Source: Thermoplasmata archaeon (lineage in GTDB: Archaea; Thermoplasmatota; Thermoplasmata; WALJ01). Taken from it: a stretch of DNA of 64,000 nucleotides. Positions 47,844 to 57,780 of this stretch are shown here, piece after piece. The stretch lies in contig JALTFR010000032.1 in assembly GCA_027006785.1 (NCBI GenBank), positions 544 to 64,543 on the forward strand. Direction: 5' to 3'. Position 1 is the stretch's first letter. The number at the start of each line of letters is the position of its first letter. Position numbers and translations under genes: made by a program. The notes under the pieces were generated by a model, which ran no database searches, was not told the origin of the DNA, and saw only the letters and a list, made by a program, of their open reading frames with translations.

Positions 47844-48388
47844 TGGCCCGCATAGAGATGCAGATAGGTGGTTTCGGAGGCCAAGGTGTCATACTGGCAG
47901 GCCTGGTAATAGCCAGAGCGCTCTCCCTCTACGACGGAAGGGAAGCGGTGTTCACACAGGCGTATGGGCCCGAGGCCAGGGGTGGAGCGTCTGCGTCCGG
48001 AATAGTCGTGGACGATGAAAGGGTTGACTACCCGTACCCCCTGCACCCCGAGATACTGGTGCTCATGTCGCAGGAAGCAATGACGACATACCTTCCAAAC
48101 ATGAGAAAGGGAGGCATTCTGATAATAGAGGAGAACCTGGTGCACCTTGATGGTGAGCCGGATGTTTCCGAACTTCATAAGATTCCTGCCACGAAGATAG
48201 CTGAGGAACTAGGGAACAAGATAGTCACCAACATAGTCATGGTCGGCTTCATAGCGAAGGTCGTAGGAGACAGGATAGGCCTGAAGAAGGAGAGTATCAA
48301 GAAGTCGGTGCTCGAAATGGTCCCTGCAAAGGTCAGGGAATTGAACGAAAAAGCGTTTGAGATGGGATATAACTACGAGGAGGCATGA
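47840..48388 (+). CDS. korC: 2-oxoacid:ferredoxin oxidoreductase gamma subunit
   Basis: GFGGQGVIL, YGPEARGG, NIVMVG. Confidence 0.92.
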   Translation: MMARIEMQIGGFGGQGVILAGLVIARALSLYDGREAVFTQAYGPEARGGASASGIVVDDERVDYPYPLHPEILVLMSQEAMTTYLPNMRKGGILIIEENLVHLDGEPDVSELHKIPATKIAEELGNKIVTNIVMVGFIAKVVGDRIGLKKESIKKSVLEMVPAKVRELNEKAFEMGYNYEEA

Positions 48389-48389
48389 A

Positions 48390-49112
48390 ATGTCCAAAGA
48401 GAAAGAGAATGATATGAAGATGATAACCGTGTACATAATGGGAAAGGCCTACAAGGTGCCTTTCGGGCTAACGATAATGAAGGCCATGGAGTATGCGGGA
48501 TACAGGTTCATAAGAGGATCAGGGTGCAGGGCAGGATTCTGCGGTGCCTGCGCCACGGTCTACAGGAGAAAGGGAGAGTACAAGCTCAGGACCGCCCTTG
48601 CCTGCCAGACCACTGTCGAGGACGGAATGTACCTGGCACAGCTTCCCTTTGTGCCATCCAACAGGAAGGAGTACGACATAGAGGAACTTGACCCGAAGAA
48701 GAATGTCCTTTCAGAGTATTACCCTGAGATAAACAGGTGCGTTTCGTGCAACACATGTACCAAGGCCTGCCCGCAGGAACTTCAGGTCATGGACTATATT
48801 CAGGCCTCAATAAGGGGGGACTATAAGCTGGTGACCTCCCTCTCATTTGACTGCATACAGTGTGGCCTTTGCGTCGTGAGGTGCCCCGCCGAGATAACCC
48901 ACTACCATGTGGCACAGCTTGCCAGAAGGCTCTATGGAAAATACTATTCACCCGTACCCCAGCACCTTCTGGACAGGTTGAAGGAGATAGAGGAAGGGAA
49001 GTTCGATTCAGAGATAGAGGAGCTGAAAAAGATGGATGCTAAGAAGCTTGAAGAGGTCTATGTCGCAAGGGACATACAGAAGATACCCAGAGGGGAGGTG
49101 GCTGGAGAATGA
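48390..49112 (+). CDS. Fumarate reductase-type Fe-S subunit ([2Fe-2S] plus 2x[4Fe-4S])
   Basis: GCRAGFCGAC...LAC; CVSCNTCTKACP; CIQCGLCVVRCP. Confidence 0.88.
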   Translation: MSKEKENDMKMITVYIMGKAYKVPFGLTIMKAMEYAGYRFIRGSGCRAGFCGACATVYRRKGEYKLRTALACQTTVEDGMYLAQLPFVPSNRKEYDIEELDPKKNVLSEYYPEINRCVSCNTCTKACPQELQVMDYIQASIRGDYKLVTSLSFDCIQCGLCVVRCPAEITHYHVAQLARRLYGKYYSPVPQHLLDRLKEIEEGKFDSEIEELKKMDAKKLEEVYVARDIQKIPRGEVAGE

Positions 49113-50758
49113 AGCTCATAGACGGATACACCGAGGAGATGCGCGAGTCCATAGAGAAGGTCGAGAAGACAAGGGCGGAGCGCATGAAGAAGAGCTATCC
49201 TGCCCTGACGATGGAGGAAAGGGAGGAGGTTCTCAATAAATACCATCCTGACTACAAGCCGGACAAAAAGAGGGCTGTCAGGGTCGGACCAAATAAGGGG
49301 GAAGTCGCGCCACATGAGGTCGTTGACCTTCTGGAGGCCTATCCTCTGATAACTGCAAAAGATGTTGACCTCAAGACCATAGACTACGATGTGGACCTCC
49401 TGATAATCGGAGGAGGTGGAGCTGGAACTGTGGCCGCGCTCTGGGCCAATGATAACGGCATATCTGCCGAGAACATACTGATGGCCACAAAGCTCAGGCA
49501 CGGAGATGCCAACTCAATGATGGCGCAGGGAGGCATACAGGCGGCGGATACACCTGAGGACAGCCCTGCAAGGCATTATCTCGATGTCATAGGAGGAGGT
49601 CACTTCGCGAACAAGCCGGAACTTGTGGAAGCGCTCGTCAAGGACGCTCCTTTCATACTCAAATGGCACGAGGAACTGGGCGTCATATATGACAAGGACG
49701 AGAACGGGAACTACATAGAGAGGCCCGGCGGCGGAACATCAAGGTTCAGGCTCCATTCTGCCAAGGACTACACCGGAATGGAGATAATGAGGGTCATCAG
49801 GGATGAGTTCAGGAACAGGCAGATACCTGTTCTAGAGTTCACACCTGCAGTGGAACTTCTAAAAGATGAGTCCGGAAATGTGGCAGGAGCGGTCCTCTTC
49901 AACATGGAGACCGAGCAGTACTACACCGTGCGTGCAAAGGCCACCGTGCTTGCGACAGGCGGTTTCGGAAGGCTTCACATACAGCAGTTCCCAACGACGA
50001 ACCATTACGGAGCGACTGCAGACGGGCTTGTGATGGCATACAGGGCCGGAGCGAAGCTCAGGGACCTTGACACCGTCCAGTACCACCCGACAGGCGCAGC
50101 ATATCCGGAGCAGATAGTCGGTCTCCTGATAACCGAGAAGGTAAGGGGAATGGGAGCGCAGCCTGTGGACAAGAACGGAGACCTCTTCGTCTTCCCGATG
50201 GAACCGAGGGATGTTGAGGCCGCCTCATTCATAAAGCGCTGTGCCGACGGAAAATGCGTGCAGACGCCCACGGGAATGCATGGAATCTGGCTCGACTCCC
50301 CGATGATAGAGGAAATCGAAGGTGAGGGTGCAATAAGGAAGAATCTCGATGCCATGTACAGGATGTACAAGCGCTTTGGAATAGACATGACCAAGGACCC
50401 GATACTCGTCTTCCCCACACTGCACTACCAGAACGGAGGAGTTGAGATAGATGCGAGCGCTCAGACATCCATACCAGGACTGTTCGCAGGAGGAGAGGTC
50501 GAAGGTGGAGTGCATGGAAAGAACAGGCTGATGGGAAATTCGCTGCTCGATTACAATGTCTTCGGAAGAAGGGCTGGAATAAGCGCTGCCCAGTGGGCCT
50601 CCAAGCGCTCCAAGCCCGGAAAGCTGAGCCTCGCCCATGTGGATTCCTTCGTAAAGGAACTGGAAAAGGCGAAGATACCTCCGGAGCGCAGGTCTCCGAT
50701 GCTTCTGCCAGAGTATAGAGGCGAAAAGGTTCTCGCAAGGATGCTTGATATCCTCTAA
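49109..50758 (+). CDS. Fumarate reductase / succinate dehydrogenase-family flavoprotein (TfrA-like)
   Basis: IGGGGAG, ANSMMAQGG, QYHPTG, TEKVRG, PRD, HYQNGG, NRLMGNSL. Confidence 0.9.
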   Translation: MKLIDGYTEEMRESIEKVEKTRAERMKKSYPALTMEEREEVLNKYHPDYKPDKKRAVRVGPNKGEVAPHEVVDLLEAYPLITAKDVDLKTIDYDVDLLIIGGGGAGTVAALWANDNGISAENILMATKLRHGDANSMMAQGGIQAADTPEDSPARHYLDVIGGGHFANKPELVEALVKDAPFILKWHEELGVIYDKDENGNYIERPGGGTSRFRLHSAKDYTGMEIMRVIRDEFRNRQIPVLEFTPAVELLKDESGNVAGAVLFNMETEQYYTVRAKATVLATGGFGRLHIQQFPTTNHYGATADGLVMAYRAGAKLRDLDTVQYHPTGAAYPEQIVGLLITEKVRGMGAQPVDKNGDLFVFPMEPRDVEAASFIKRCADGKCVQTPTGMHGIWLDSPMIEEIEGEGAIRKNLDAMYRMYKRFGIDMTKDPILVFPTLHYQNGGVEIDASAQTSIPGLFAGGEVEGGVHGKNRLMGNSLLDYNVFGRRAGISAAQWASKRSKPGKLSLAHVDSFVKELEKAKIPPERRSPMLLPEYRGEKVLARMLDIL

Positions 50759-50769
50759 GAGGGTTTGAC

Positions 50770-53175
50770 ATGGCTGAAAAGAAGAAGCCGAGGATTGGCG
50801 TATATGTCTGCCACTGCGGCGGTAACATCTCAGACACAGTGTATGTTGACCAGGTGGCGGAATATGCCAAGAACATGGAAGACGTTGTGGTCGTACGCAG
50901 CATCTCACACATGTGCTCCGAAGAGGGACAGAATGCAATAATCGAAGATATCGGAAAGGAGCACCTCGACAGGGTGGTAGTGGCAGCATGCTCCCCTCAG
51001 TTTCAGGGAGAGACATTCAAGAAGGCAGCTGCGAAGGCGGGCCTCAACCCGTACATGATAGAGATGGCCAACATAAGGGAACAGAGCGCATGGCCGCACT
51101 TCGAGGACAGGCAGAAGGCAACTGAGAAGGCAGAGGTACTTACGAGGATGGCTGTAGAGCGGATGAGGGAGGCAGAGCCCGCCAAACCCGAGAAGATAGA
51201 GATAGGAAAGACCGTACTGGTAATCGGAGCCGGAATCGCAGGTATTCAGGCCTCACTCGACCTTGCCGATGCTGGCTTTGATGTCCATCTTGTGGAGAAG
51301 AAACCAGTCATAGGCGGCCACATGGCACAGCTTTCCAGAACATTTCCTACAAACGACTGTGCATCGTGCATTCTTTCTCCAAAGATGGCGGATGTCGTGG
51401 AGCATCCGGGAATACACCTTCACAGGAATTCAGAGATTGTGGAGGCCAAGGGGACCGTCGGAAATTTCCAGATAAAGATCAAGGAAAATCCGGTCTATGT
51501 AGACCCGGTTGCATGTACTGCATGTAACAGGTGTGCGGAGGTCTGCCCCGTACTGGTGCCAAACGAGAACGACCTCGGTCTGACTCTCAGAAAGGCCATA
51601 GACATACCTTCGGGCATTGCGGTGCCTCACGCATATGTGCTTGATGACAAGGCCTGCCTAGGTCTGGAGCCGCTGGCATGTGGAAAATGCGCCGAGGTCT
51701 GTGACGTGAATGCGATAAACTATGACCAGAAGCCAAAGGAGATAGATGTGAAAGCAGATACCATAATCGTAGCAACAGGTTATGATATCTTCGACGCAAA
51801 GCTCAAGCCACAGTACGGCTATGGAAAGTTCGAAAATGTCCTGAACGCCCTTGAACTTGAAAGAATACTTGTGCATATGGGCGAAGGCAAGATGATAAAG
51901 AAGCTCGGAAAGAAGATCGCTTTCGTGCAGTGCGTCGGCTCCAGGGATGCACAGGTCGGGAACCTTTATTGTTCAAGGATATGCTGCATGTACGCGACGA
52001 AACTGGCGCTCATGCTTAAGAGTGCGGATCCATCAAAAGACATTTACATATTCTACACTGACCTGAGGGCCTATGGAAAGGGATTCGAGGAGTATTATCG
52101 CAGGGCTCAGGAGCTGGGTATTAAATATGTGAGAGGAAGGCCGGGAGAGCTGCATGAGAATCCTGAGAACAAGAAGATAATCGTTAAGGTTGAGGATACC
52201 CTTACGAGAAACATACTCCAGGGAGAGTTCGACCAGGTGATACTCTCAGTGGGACTGACGCCCAGTAAGGGAACCATAGAGATTGCGGAGATGCTCAAGC
52301 TCCCGAGAAGCCCGGACGGATTCCTGCAGGAAGCACATGCAAAGTTCAAACCGCTGGATACTGCTGTCGAAGGTATATTCATAGCCGGAACCGCTCAGGG
52401 ACCGAAGGATATACCTGATAGCGTTGCACAGGCGAGTGGGGCCGCTGCAAGGGCCATAAGGCTGATGAACCGCGGAGAACTGGAACTCAGCCCCGTCAAG
52501 GCCACCATAGACACTGAACTCTGTGATGGTTGTGGAAAGTGTGTAGAGGCCTGCCCTGCGGATGCGATATATATGATGGGTGGATTCGCCGCTGTCAATA
52601 CCCCAGCATGTAAGGGCTGCGGAGCATGTATATCATCCTGTCACACCGGCGCCATAGACCTGAAGGTATTCAGCAATGCCAAGGTTATGGAAGAGATCGA
52701 GGCAGCGCTCGAGGACAAGAAGCCCGGAGAGAACAGGATACTGCTCTTTGCTGACGATATGTGCACATACAGGCTGGCGGATGGTGTAGGTACTGCCAAG
52801 ATGAAATATTCACCAGATGTCCTCATAATACGGGTACCATCCAGTTCAAGGGTCACTCCTGAGATGATGGCAAAGGCATTCGAGCTCGGCGCAGATGGAA
52901 TAATGCTGGGAGAATGTGAGCCAGCCGTTTCACCCTATCTGGGAACAGGGCCGGTCATAGCCAGACAGGTGGAGGAACTCAAATCAATGCTTGAAAAGGC
53001 AGGTATAGAGAAGGAGAGGGTTCTTTTCACCCAGTATGTCACAGTGATGCTCTCCGCATTTGTAAACCACACGAACAGGATGTCGGACCTCACGAGAAAG
53101 CTGGGCAACATACCTGAGGAGAAGAGAAAGAAACTGGCCGAGATAGTCAAACAGATGAAGGAGGAATCTAAGTGA
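50770..53175 (+). CDS. hdrA: Heterodisulfide reductase subunit A with fused, degenerate MvhD domain
   Basis: VCHCGGNI, AACSP, IGAGIAG, KTFPTNDC-type RTFPTNDCASC, inserted ferredoxin, QCVGSRD, CSRICC, C-terminal ferredoxin, then MvhD-like domain. Confidence 0.95.
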   Translation: MAEKKKPRIGVYVCHCGGNISDTVYVDQVAEYAKNMEDVVVVRSISHMCSEEGQNAIIEDIGKEHLDRVVVAACSPQFQGETFKKAAAKAGLNPYMIEMANIREQSAWPHFEDRQKATEKAEVLTRMAVERMREAEPAKPEKIEIGKTVLVIGAGIAGIQASLDLADAGFDVHLVEKKPVIGGHMAQLSRTFPTNDCASCILSPKMADVVEHPGIHLHRNSEIVEAKGTVGNFQIKIKENPVYVDPVACTACNRCAEVCPVLVPNENDLGLTLRKAIDIPSGIAVPHAYVLDDKACLGLEPLACGKCAEVCDVNAINYDQKPKEIDVKADTIIVATGYDIFDAKLKPQYGYGKFENVLNALELERILVHMGEGKMIKKLGKKIAFVQCVGSRDAQVGNLYCSRICCMYATKLALMLKSADPSKDIYIFYTDLRAYGKGFEEYYRRAQELGIKYVRGRPGELHENPENKKIIVKVEDTLTRNILQGEFDQVILSVGLTPSKGTIEIAEMLKLPRSPDGFLQEAHAKFKPLDTAVEGIFIAGTAQGPKDIPDSVAQASGAAARAIRLMNRGELELSPVKATIDTELCDGCGKCVEACPADAIYMMGGFAAVNTPACKGCGACISSCHTGAIDLKVFSNAKVMEEIEAALEDKKPGENRILLFADDMCTYRLADGVGTAKMKYSPDVLIIRVPSSSRVTPEMMAKAFELGADGIMLGECEPAVSPYLGTGPVIARQVEELKSMLEKAGIEKERVLFTQYVTVMLSAFVNHTNRMSDLTRKLGNIPEEKRKKLAEIVKQMKEESK

Positions 53176-53576
53176 CACGTGTTGTGATGCTGAATGATAA
53201 TAGCGAGGCCTTCACAAAGAAGGTCAATGAGATGACGAACGACATGATAACCCTCTGTGAACAGTGCGGAATATGCAGTACCAGTTGCCCTGTTGCAGAG
53301 GACATGGATATACCTCCTTCGGAGATAATGAGGCTGGTACAGCTGGGAGACGAGTATGTTCTGGAGACAAAGGCGATATGGGTCTGTGCATCATGCTACA
53401 CATGTACGGTGCGCTGCCCGAGAGGAGTGGACCTTTCCAAGGTTACCGAGGCATTGAGGCAGATAAATCTGAGAACGAACGTCAATTATCTGGATATTGA
53501 CAATCTCGATTCCGAGGAAGTCGAGGAGTTACCGGCAATAGCGCTCGTCAGTGCCATGAGGAAGTATACAGGGTGA
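53172..53576 (+). CDS. hdrC: Heterodisulfide reductase subunit C
   Basis: CEQCGICSTSCP, IWVCASCYTCTVRCPRG. Confidence 0.93.
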   Translation: MTRVVMLNDNSEAFTKKVNEMTNDMITLCEQCGICSTSCPVAEDMDIPPSEIMRLVQLGDEYVLETKAIWVCASCYTCTVRCPRGVDLSKVTEALRQINLRTNVNYLDIDNLDSEEVEELPAIALVSAMRKYTG

Positions 53577-53577
53577 T

Positions 53578-54480
53578 ATGATGAAGAAGTTTCCATACTA
53601 CCCGGGATGCACGCTGAAACAGTATCCAAAGAAGTTCGGAATACCATCCGAGGAGTCTGCCAGAGCACTGGGACTGGAGATGGTCGAGATTCCGAGGTGG
53701 AACTGCTGCGGTGCTGTCGCATCCCTTACTGCAGATGATATGATGCATCAGGTGGCTCCGATACGAAACCTGATAAGGGTTCAGGAGATGAATGACGAGG
53801 GTCTTGTGGACAACGAGTACAGGCTTGTGGTTTTCTGCTCCATGTGTTTCAACACACTGAAAAGGGCAAACATGATGGTAAAGGAGAACGAAGCTGCCCT
53901 CAATACCATAAACGAGTTCATGGACAGAGAGCAGGACTACAAGGCCAATGTTGAAGTCGTTCATTTCCTTGAAATACTCCGGGACATGGGCTTTTACAGG
54001 CTGGAAGACATGATAAAGAAGCCACTGAAGGGTCTGAAAATAGCTCCTTACTACGGATGCAACCTTCTCAGGCCGAAAGAGGTCGGTATAGACAACCCCG
54101 AGGCTCCGACAATAATGGAGAACTTCGTGGAGGCTCTGGGCGCAGAGGTCATTGATAACCCGCTGAAGTCACTGTGTTGTGGAAGCTATCATACCGTTGG
54201 CGGTCACAAGGACATAGTTGCGGAAAGGACATACGCCATTGTCAATGCAGCCAGAAAAGCCGGTGCCGATATGATGATAACGGCATGTCCGCTCTGTGCT
54301 TTCAATCTGGACGACCGGCAGGCCCTGACCAAGGAACTCCATCCTGAGTTTCAGCATATGCCGGTTCTGTACTTCACACAGATTCTGGCCTTTGCTCTCG
54401 GACTGGAGGACAAAGCCGGCCTCGAGGAGAACTATGTGGATGCCCGCCCGATTCTTAGAGAAAAGGGCCTGATGGACTGA
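53578..54480 (+). CDS. hdrB: Heterodisulfide reductase subunit B
   Basis: Two CCG domains: YYPGC...WNCCG...CSMC and YYGC...CCG...ACPLC. Confidence 0.94.
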   Translation: MMKKFPYYPGCTLKQYPKKFGIPSEESARALGLEMVEIPRWNCCGAVASLTADDMMHQVAPIRNLIRVQEMNDEGLVDNEYRLVVFCSMCFNTLKRANMMVKENEAALNTINEFMDREQDYKANVEVVHFLEILRDMGFYRLEDMIKKPLKGLKIAPYYGCNLLRPKEVGIDNPEAPTIMENFVEALGAEVIDNPLKSLCCGSYHTVGGHKDIVAERTYAIVNAARKAGADMMITACPLCAFNLDDRQALTKELHPEFQHMPVLYFTQILAFALGLEDKAGLEENYVDARPILREKGLMD

Positions 54481-54514
54481 AAACCCTTTTAAACACCATT
54501 CCTTTCCCTTTTCC

Positions 54515-55147
54515 GTGAGAGTCATAATCAACTGCGCTGCATCCGTTGACGGGAAGATAGCACTGCCGAGCAGGAAGCAGACAAGGATATCCAGCGAGGA
54601 TGACATAGCAAGGGTGCACAGGCTGCGGGCCGAGGCGGACGCCATTCTCGTGGGCGTCGGAACGATCCTTTCAGACGATCCGAAACTCACGGTAAAGGAG
54701 AAGTATGCTCGGGGAAAGAACCCTCTGCGCGTCGTTCTGGACACGCATCTCCGCACACCTGAGGGCGCCATGGTGCTCAACGACATGGCACCCACCCTCA
54801 TATTCAACTCCCTGAAGGACGGAAGCTACGGAAATGCGGAACTGTTCAGATGTCCTGAGAACAACGGGCATGTGGATCTGAACTGCGTCCTTTCGGAACT
54901 GGAGAGAAGAGGAATAGGAACCCTCATGGTCGAGGGTGGCTCAACTGTGATATGGGAGTTTCTCAGGCAGGGAAAGGCAGATGAACTGAACATATTCTTG
55001 GGAGATATGGTGATAGGCGGAAGGGATTCGCCAACAGTCGCAGACGGCAGGGGAGCGCAGTCTATCGAGGATATCGTAAAACTTGAGTTCATAGAGGCCA
55101 GGAGGATGGGTGGAGGTGTACTGCTCAGGTACCGCCTGCCTTCATGA
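54515..55147 (+). CDS. 2,5-diamino-6-ribosylamino-4(3H)-pyrimidinone 5'-phosphate reductase (RibD C-terminal type)
   Basis: AASVDGKIA, DAILVGVGTILSDDP, RVVLD, LMVEGG. Confidence 0.9.
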   Translation: MRVIINCAASVDGKIALPSRKQTRISSEDDIARVHRLRAEADAILVGVGTILSDDPKLTVKEKYARGKNPLRVVLDTHLRTPEGAMVLNDMAPTLIFNSLKDGSYGNAELFRCPENNGHVDLNCVLSELERRGIGTLMVEGGSTVIWEFLRQGKADELNIFLGDMVIGGRDSPTVADGRGAQSIEDIVKLEFIEARRMGGGVLLRYRLPS

Positions 55148-56410
55148 GTTCAGGTACTTCGCCACCCTTTCCATTCCTTCCACTATTTTGTCTGTGTCAT
55201 TCACCAGAGGGCCGTATGATATACGAACTGCATTCTTGAGGGTCTGTCCGAAGCCTCCGCCGGGTATGAAAAGGACTCCGGTGTGCTTAAGAACCTCAGG
55301 AACGAACTCGTCCGCATCCCTTCCGACATCCATAACCGTGTAAAGCCCTCCTTTTGGAACCAATCTCCTCATTCCAAGGTTCTCGTCTATGGCCTTCAGG
55401 GTTATCTTTGCGGCGTTCTCATACTCCTTCTTGGTCTGCTCTATGTACCTTACAAGTGAGCCGTCGTCGAGAGAGGTGTTGATGTACTGAGTTATCGCCA
55501 TCTGGTGCAGGGTGTCCGGGCAGAGTATGGATATCTGCTGGGTCCTCTCCATCCCGGATATGACATCCTCGGACGCCTCTATCCAACCCATCCTTCTACC
55601 TAGCCCTCTGGCCCACTTGGAGTTGGAGTGTATCGCTATCAGGTTCTCGTGATCCTTCGGTGACCATGAGAAATACTCGGGCTCTTTCCCGAAGACCTGG
55701 GTCTTGTATGCGAAGTCAAGAACCAGATAACCCCCATGCTCCGTAACTATATCCAAGACTGCTCTGGCAAAGGCATCCGGAGGAATCTGGCTTGTCGGGT
55801 TGTCAGGTGCGGGGAACAGGACAACTTTCGGTCTTTTTGCATAGTATAGCTTCTCAAAGCGCTCTATGGCATCATCAACATCAGGCATGAACTCCCATTT
55901 CTCTGTGTCCATGGCCCTCAGGAAATAGACTTTTGGAGCTATCGGATGCACTCCCCTGATTCCGACGGCATACACCAGTTGCCCGTAGTAATTTGCATAG
56001 GTGGGGTCGAGAAGAACTATGCCGTCACCGGGGTCAGCGATGGTCACGAAAAGGTCATGGGTGAGCTGGCTGCTGGACTGACCGACTATGATGTTCTCGG
56101 GCCCTATGTCCATTCCGAATATCTCATGTTCCATTCGGGCGAGCGCCTCCCTCATCTCCATCGTTCCGGGTGTTGCGCTGTACGCTCCGCTGGCATGGAA
56201 CTTCTCCACATCGGACACTATGTCCATGTATGCCTCCCTCATCTCCTCAGGCGCTCTGTGGTTAACCCACCCTCCACCGAAGGAAATGACATCATCAGGG
56301 TCAAGGCCCATGTTTATGATGTTCTTCCTGTCTGCCATCTTCATTATCTGCCTGATTGGAGACGGGCTCTTTATCTGCTGCTGGACTATCTTTGAAAGTG
56401 ACGGCTTCAT
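55142..56410 (-). CDS. PLP-dependent aminotransferase class I/II
   Basis: PDNPT, LDFAY, SNSKWARGLGRRMGW, VRISY. Confidence 0.9.
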   Translation of the reverse strand: MKPSLSKIVQQQIKSPSPIRQIMKMADRKNIINMGLDPDDVISFGGGWVNHRAPEEMREAYMDIVSDVEKFHASGAYSATPGTMEMREALARMEHEIFGMDIGPENIIVGQSSSQLTHDLFVTIADPGDGIVLLDPTYANYYGQLVYAVGIRGVHPIAPKVYFLRAMDTEKWEFMPDVDDAIERFEKLYYAKRPKVVLFPAPDNPTSQIPPDAFARAVLDIVTEHGGYLVLDFAYKTQVFGKEPEYFSWSPKDHENLIAIHSNSKWARGLGRRMGWIEASEDVISGMERTQQISILCPDTLHQMAITQYINTSLDDGSLVRYIEQTKKEYENAAKITLKAIDENLGMRRLVPKGGLYTVMDVGRDADEFVPEVLKHTGVLFIPGGGFGQTLKNAVRISYGPLVNDTDKIVEGMERVAKYLNS

Positions 56411-56534
56411 TCTTTCACCATGCGCTTATCTTCCACTGTGATAAAAGGATTGTCATGGCGATTTGTAGTCATTTGAGCGACAAAACTTATATCTTATGGG
56501 CGTGTGTTTGAGGCGCATATTAAAAGGTGATATC

Positions 56535-57731
56535 ATGAGCAGGAACATAGTTGTTTCCCAGATTGAGGAACCTCCGATATCGAGGACACCCACCGAGATG
56601 GTGGAAAGAAAGGGAATAGGTCACCCCGACAGTGTGGCGGACGGAATAGCCGAAGCGGTTTCACGTGAGCTATCAAAGTATTATCTTGATGAATATGGTA
56701 CCATATTTCATCACAATACCGATCAGGTGGAGATAGTCGGAGGACAGTCCAAGCCGGAGTTCGGAGGGGGCTCGGTACTTGAACCCGTGTATATCCTGCT
56801 TTCGGGAAGGGCCACCACGATGGTGGATGGAAAGAGGGTTCCGTACAGGACCATAGCTCTCAGGGCAGCCAAGGAGCAGATAAGCCAAAATTTTCTGAAT
56901 ATAGACCTTGACGAGGACGTTACATTCGATTGCAGGATAGGACAGGGTTCCGTGGACCTCAGAGGGGTGTATGACACCAAGAAGTTCCTCGCGAACGACA
57001 CATCCTTCGGAGTGGGATATGCACCACTTTCCGATGTGGAGCGTCTTGTTCTGGAGACCGAGAGATACATAAATGGAAAACTGAGGTTTGATATGCCCGG
57101 ACTGGGAGAGGATGTCAAGGTCATGGGAGCCCGTATCGAGGAAAAAATCATAATAACTATCGCCATAGCAATGGTCGGAAAGCACCTCTCATCTCCCGAG
57201 GCGTACATGGAGCTCAAGGAGAAGCTGTATGAAAGGGTCAAAGCCCACGGAGAGGAACTTCTCGGAAGGGACTTCGAGCTCTACATAAACACGGCGGACA
57301 TACCAGAGAACAATGTCTATTATCTCACAGTAACAGGCCTCAGCATGGAGAACGGCGACGACGGCTCCGTAGGCAGGGGAAACAGGGTGAATGGCCTCAT
57401 AACTCCATACAGACCCATGAGCATGGAGGCTGCCTCGGGAAAGAACCCTGTGACCCACGTAGGCAAACTCTACAACCTTCTCTCCACGAAGATAGCCGAG
57501 GACATCATAAAGGAGACAGCTGGAGATGTAGAGGAGGCCAGAGTGCGCATTCTGGCACAGATAGGACACCCTATAGACCATCCATTGCTGGCCAGCACCA
57601 ACTTGATAATGGCGGACGGAGTGCCTCTCTCAAAGGTGAAGGGCGAGGTCGAGGGCATAGTGGATAATTGGCTGGCAAACATAGACAGGATAACACAGTT
57701 GCTTGTCGAAGGCAAGCTGAACACATACTGA
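56535..57731 (+). CDS. mat: Archaeal methionine adenosyltransferase
   Basis: [49 protein letters not shown]. Confidence 0.96.
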   Translation: MSRNIVVSQIEEPPISRTPTEMVERKGIGHPDSVADGIAEAVSRELSKYYLDEYGTIFHHNTDQVEIVGGQSKPEFGGGSVLEPVYILLSGRATTMVDGKRVPYRTIALRAAKEQISQNFLNIDLDEDVTFDCRIGQGSVDLRGVYDTKKFLANDTSFGVGYAPLSDVERLVLETERYINGKLRFDMPGLGEDVKVMGARIEEKIIITIAIAMVGKHLSSPEAYMELKEKLYERVKAHGEELLGRDFELYINTADIPENNVYYLTVTGLSMENGDDGSVGRGNRVNGLITPYRPMSMEAASGKNPVTHVGKLYNLLSTKIAEDIIKETAGDVEEARVRILAQIGHPIDHPLLASTNLIMADGVPLSKVKGEVEGIVDNWLANIDRITQLLVEGKLNTY

Positions 57732-57735
57732 CCCC

Positions 57736-57756
57736 TTTCCTTTTTTCTTGTTTTTC
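57736..57756 (+). terminator. Pyrimidine / oligo-T terminator after mat
   Basis: TTTCCTTTTTTCTTGTTTTTC directly after the stop codon. Confidence 0.55.
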
Positions 57757-57780
57757 ATCAGGTAACCCTTAAATGCCGGG

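Noticed and set aside
50225-51016. Long minus-strand ORFs across the flavoprotein/hdrA junction
   Set aside because: Antisense to two well-supported genes, no recognisable domain
52720-53175. Selenocysteine or pyrrolysine recoding explaining missing Cys
   Set aside because: The positions are sense codons (Ala, Asp, Ser); no in-frame UGA/UAG in this or other called genes
50770-54480. Evidence of methanogenesis
   Set aside because: hdrABC alone is widespread in non-methanogens; no mcr or mtr genes here
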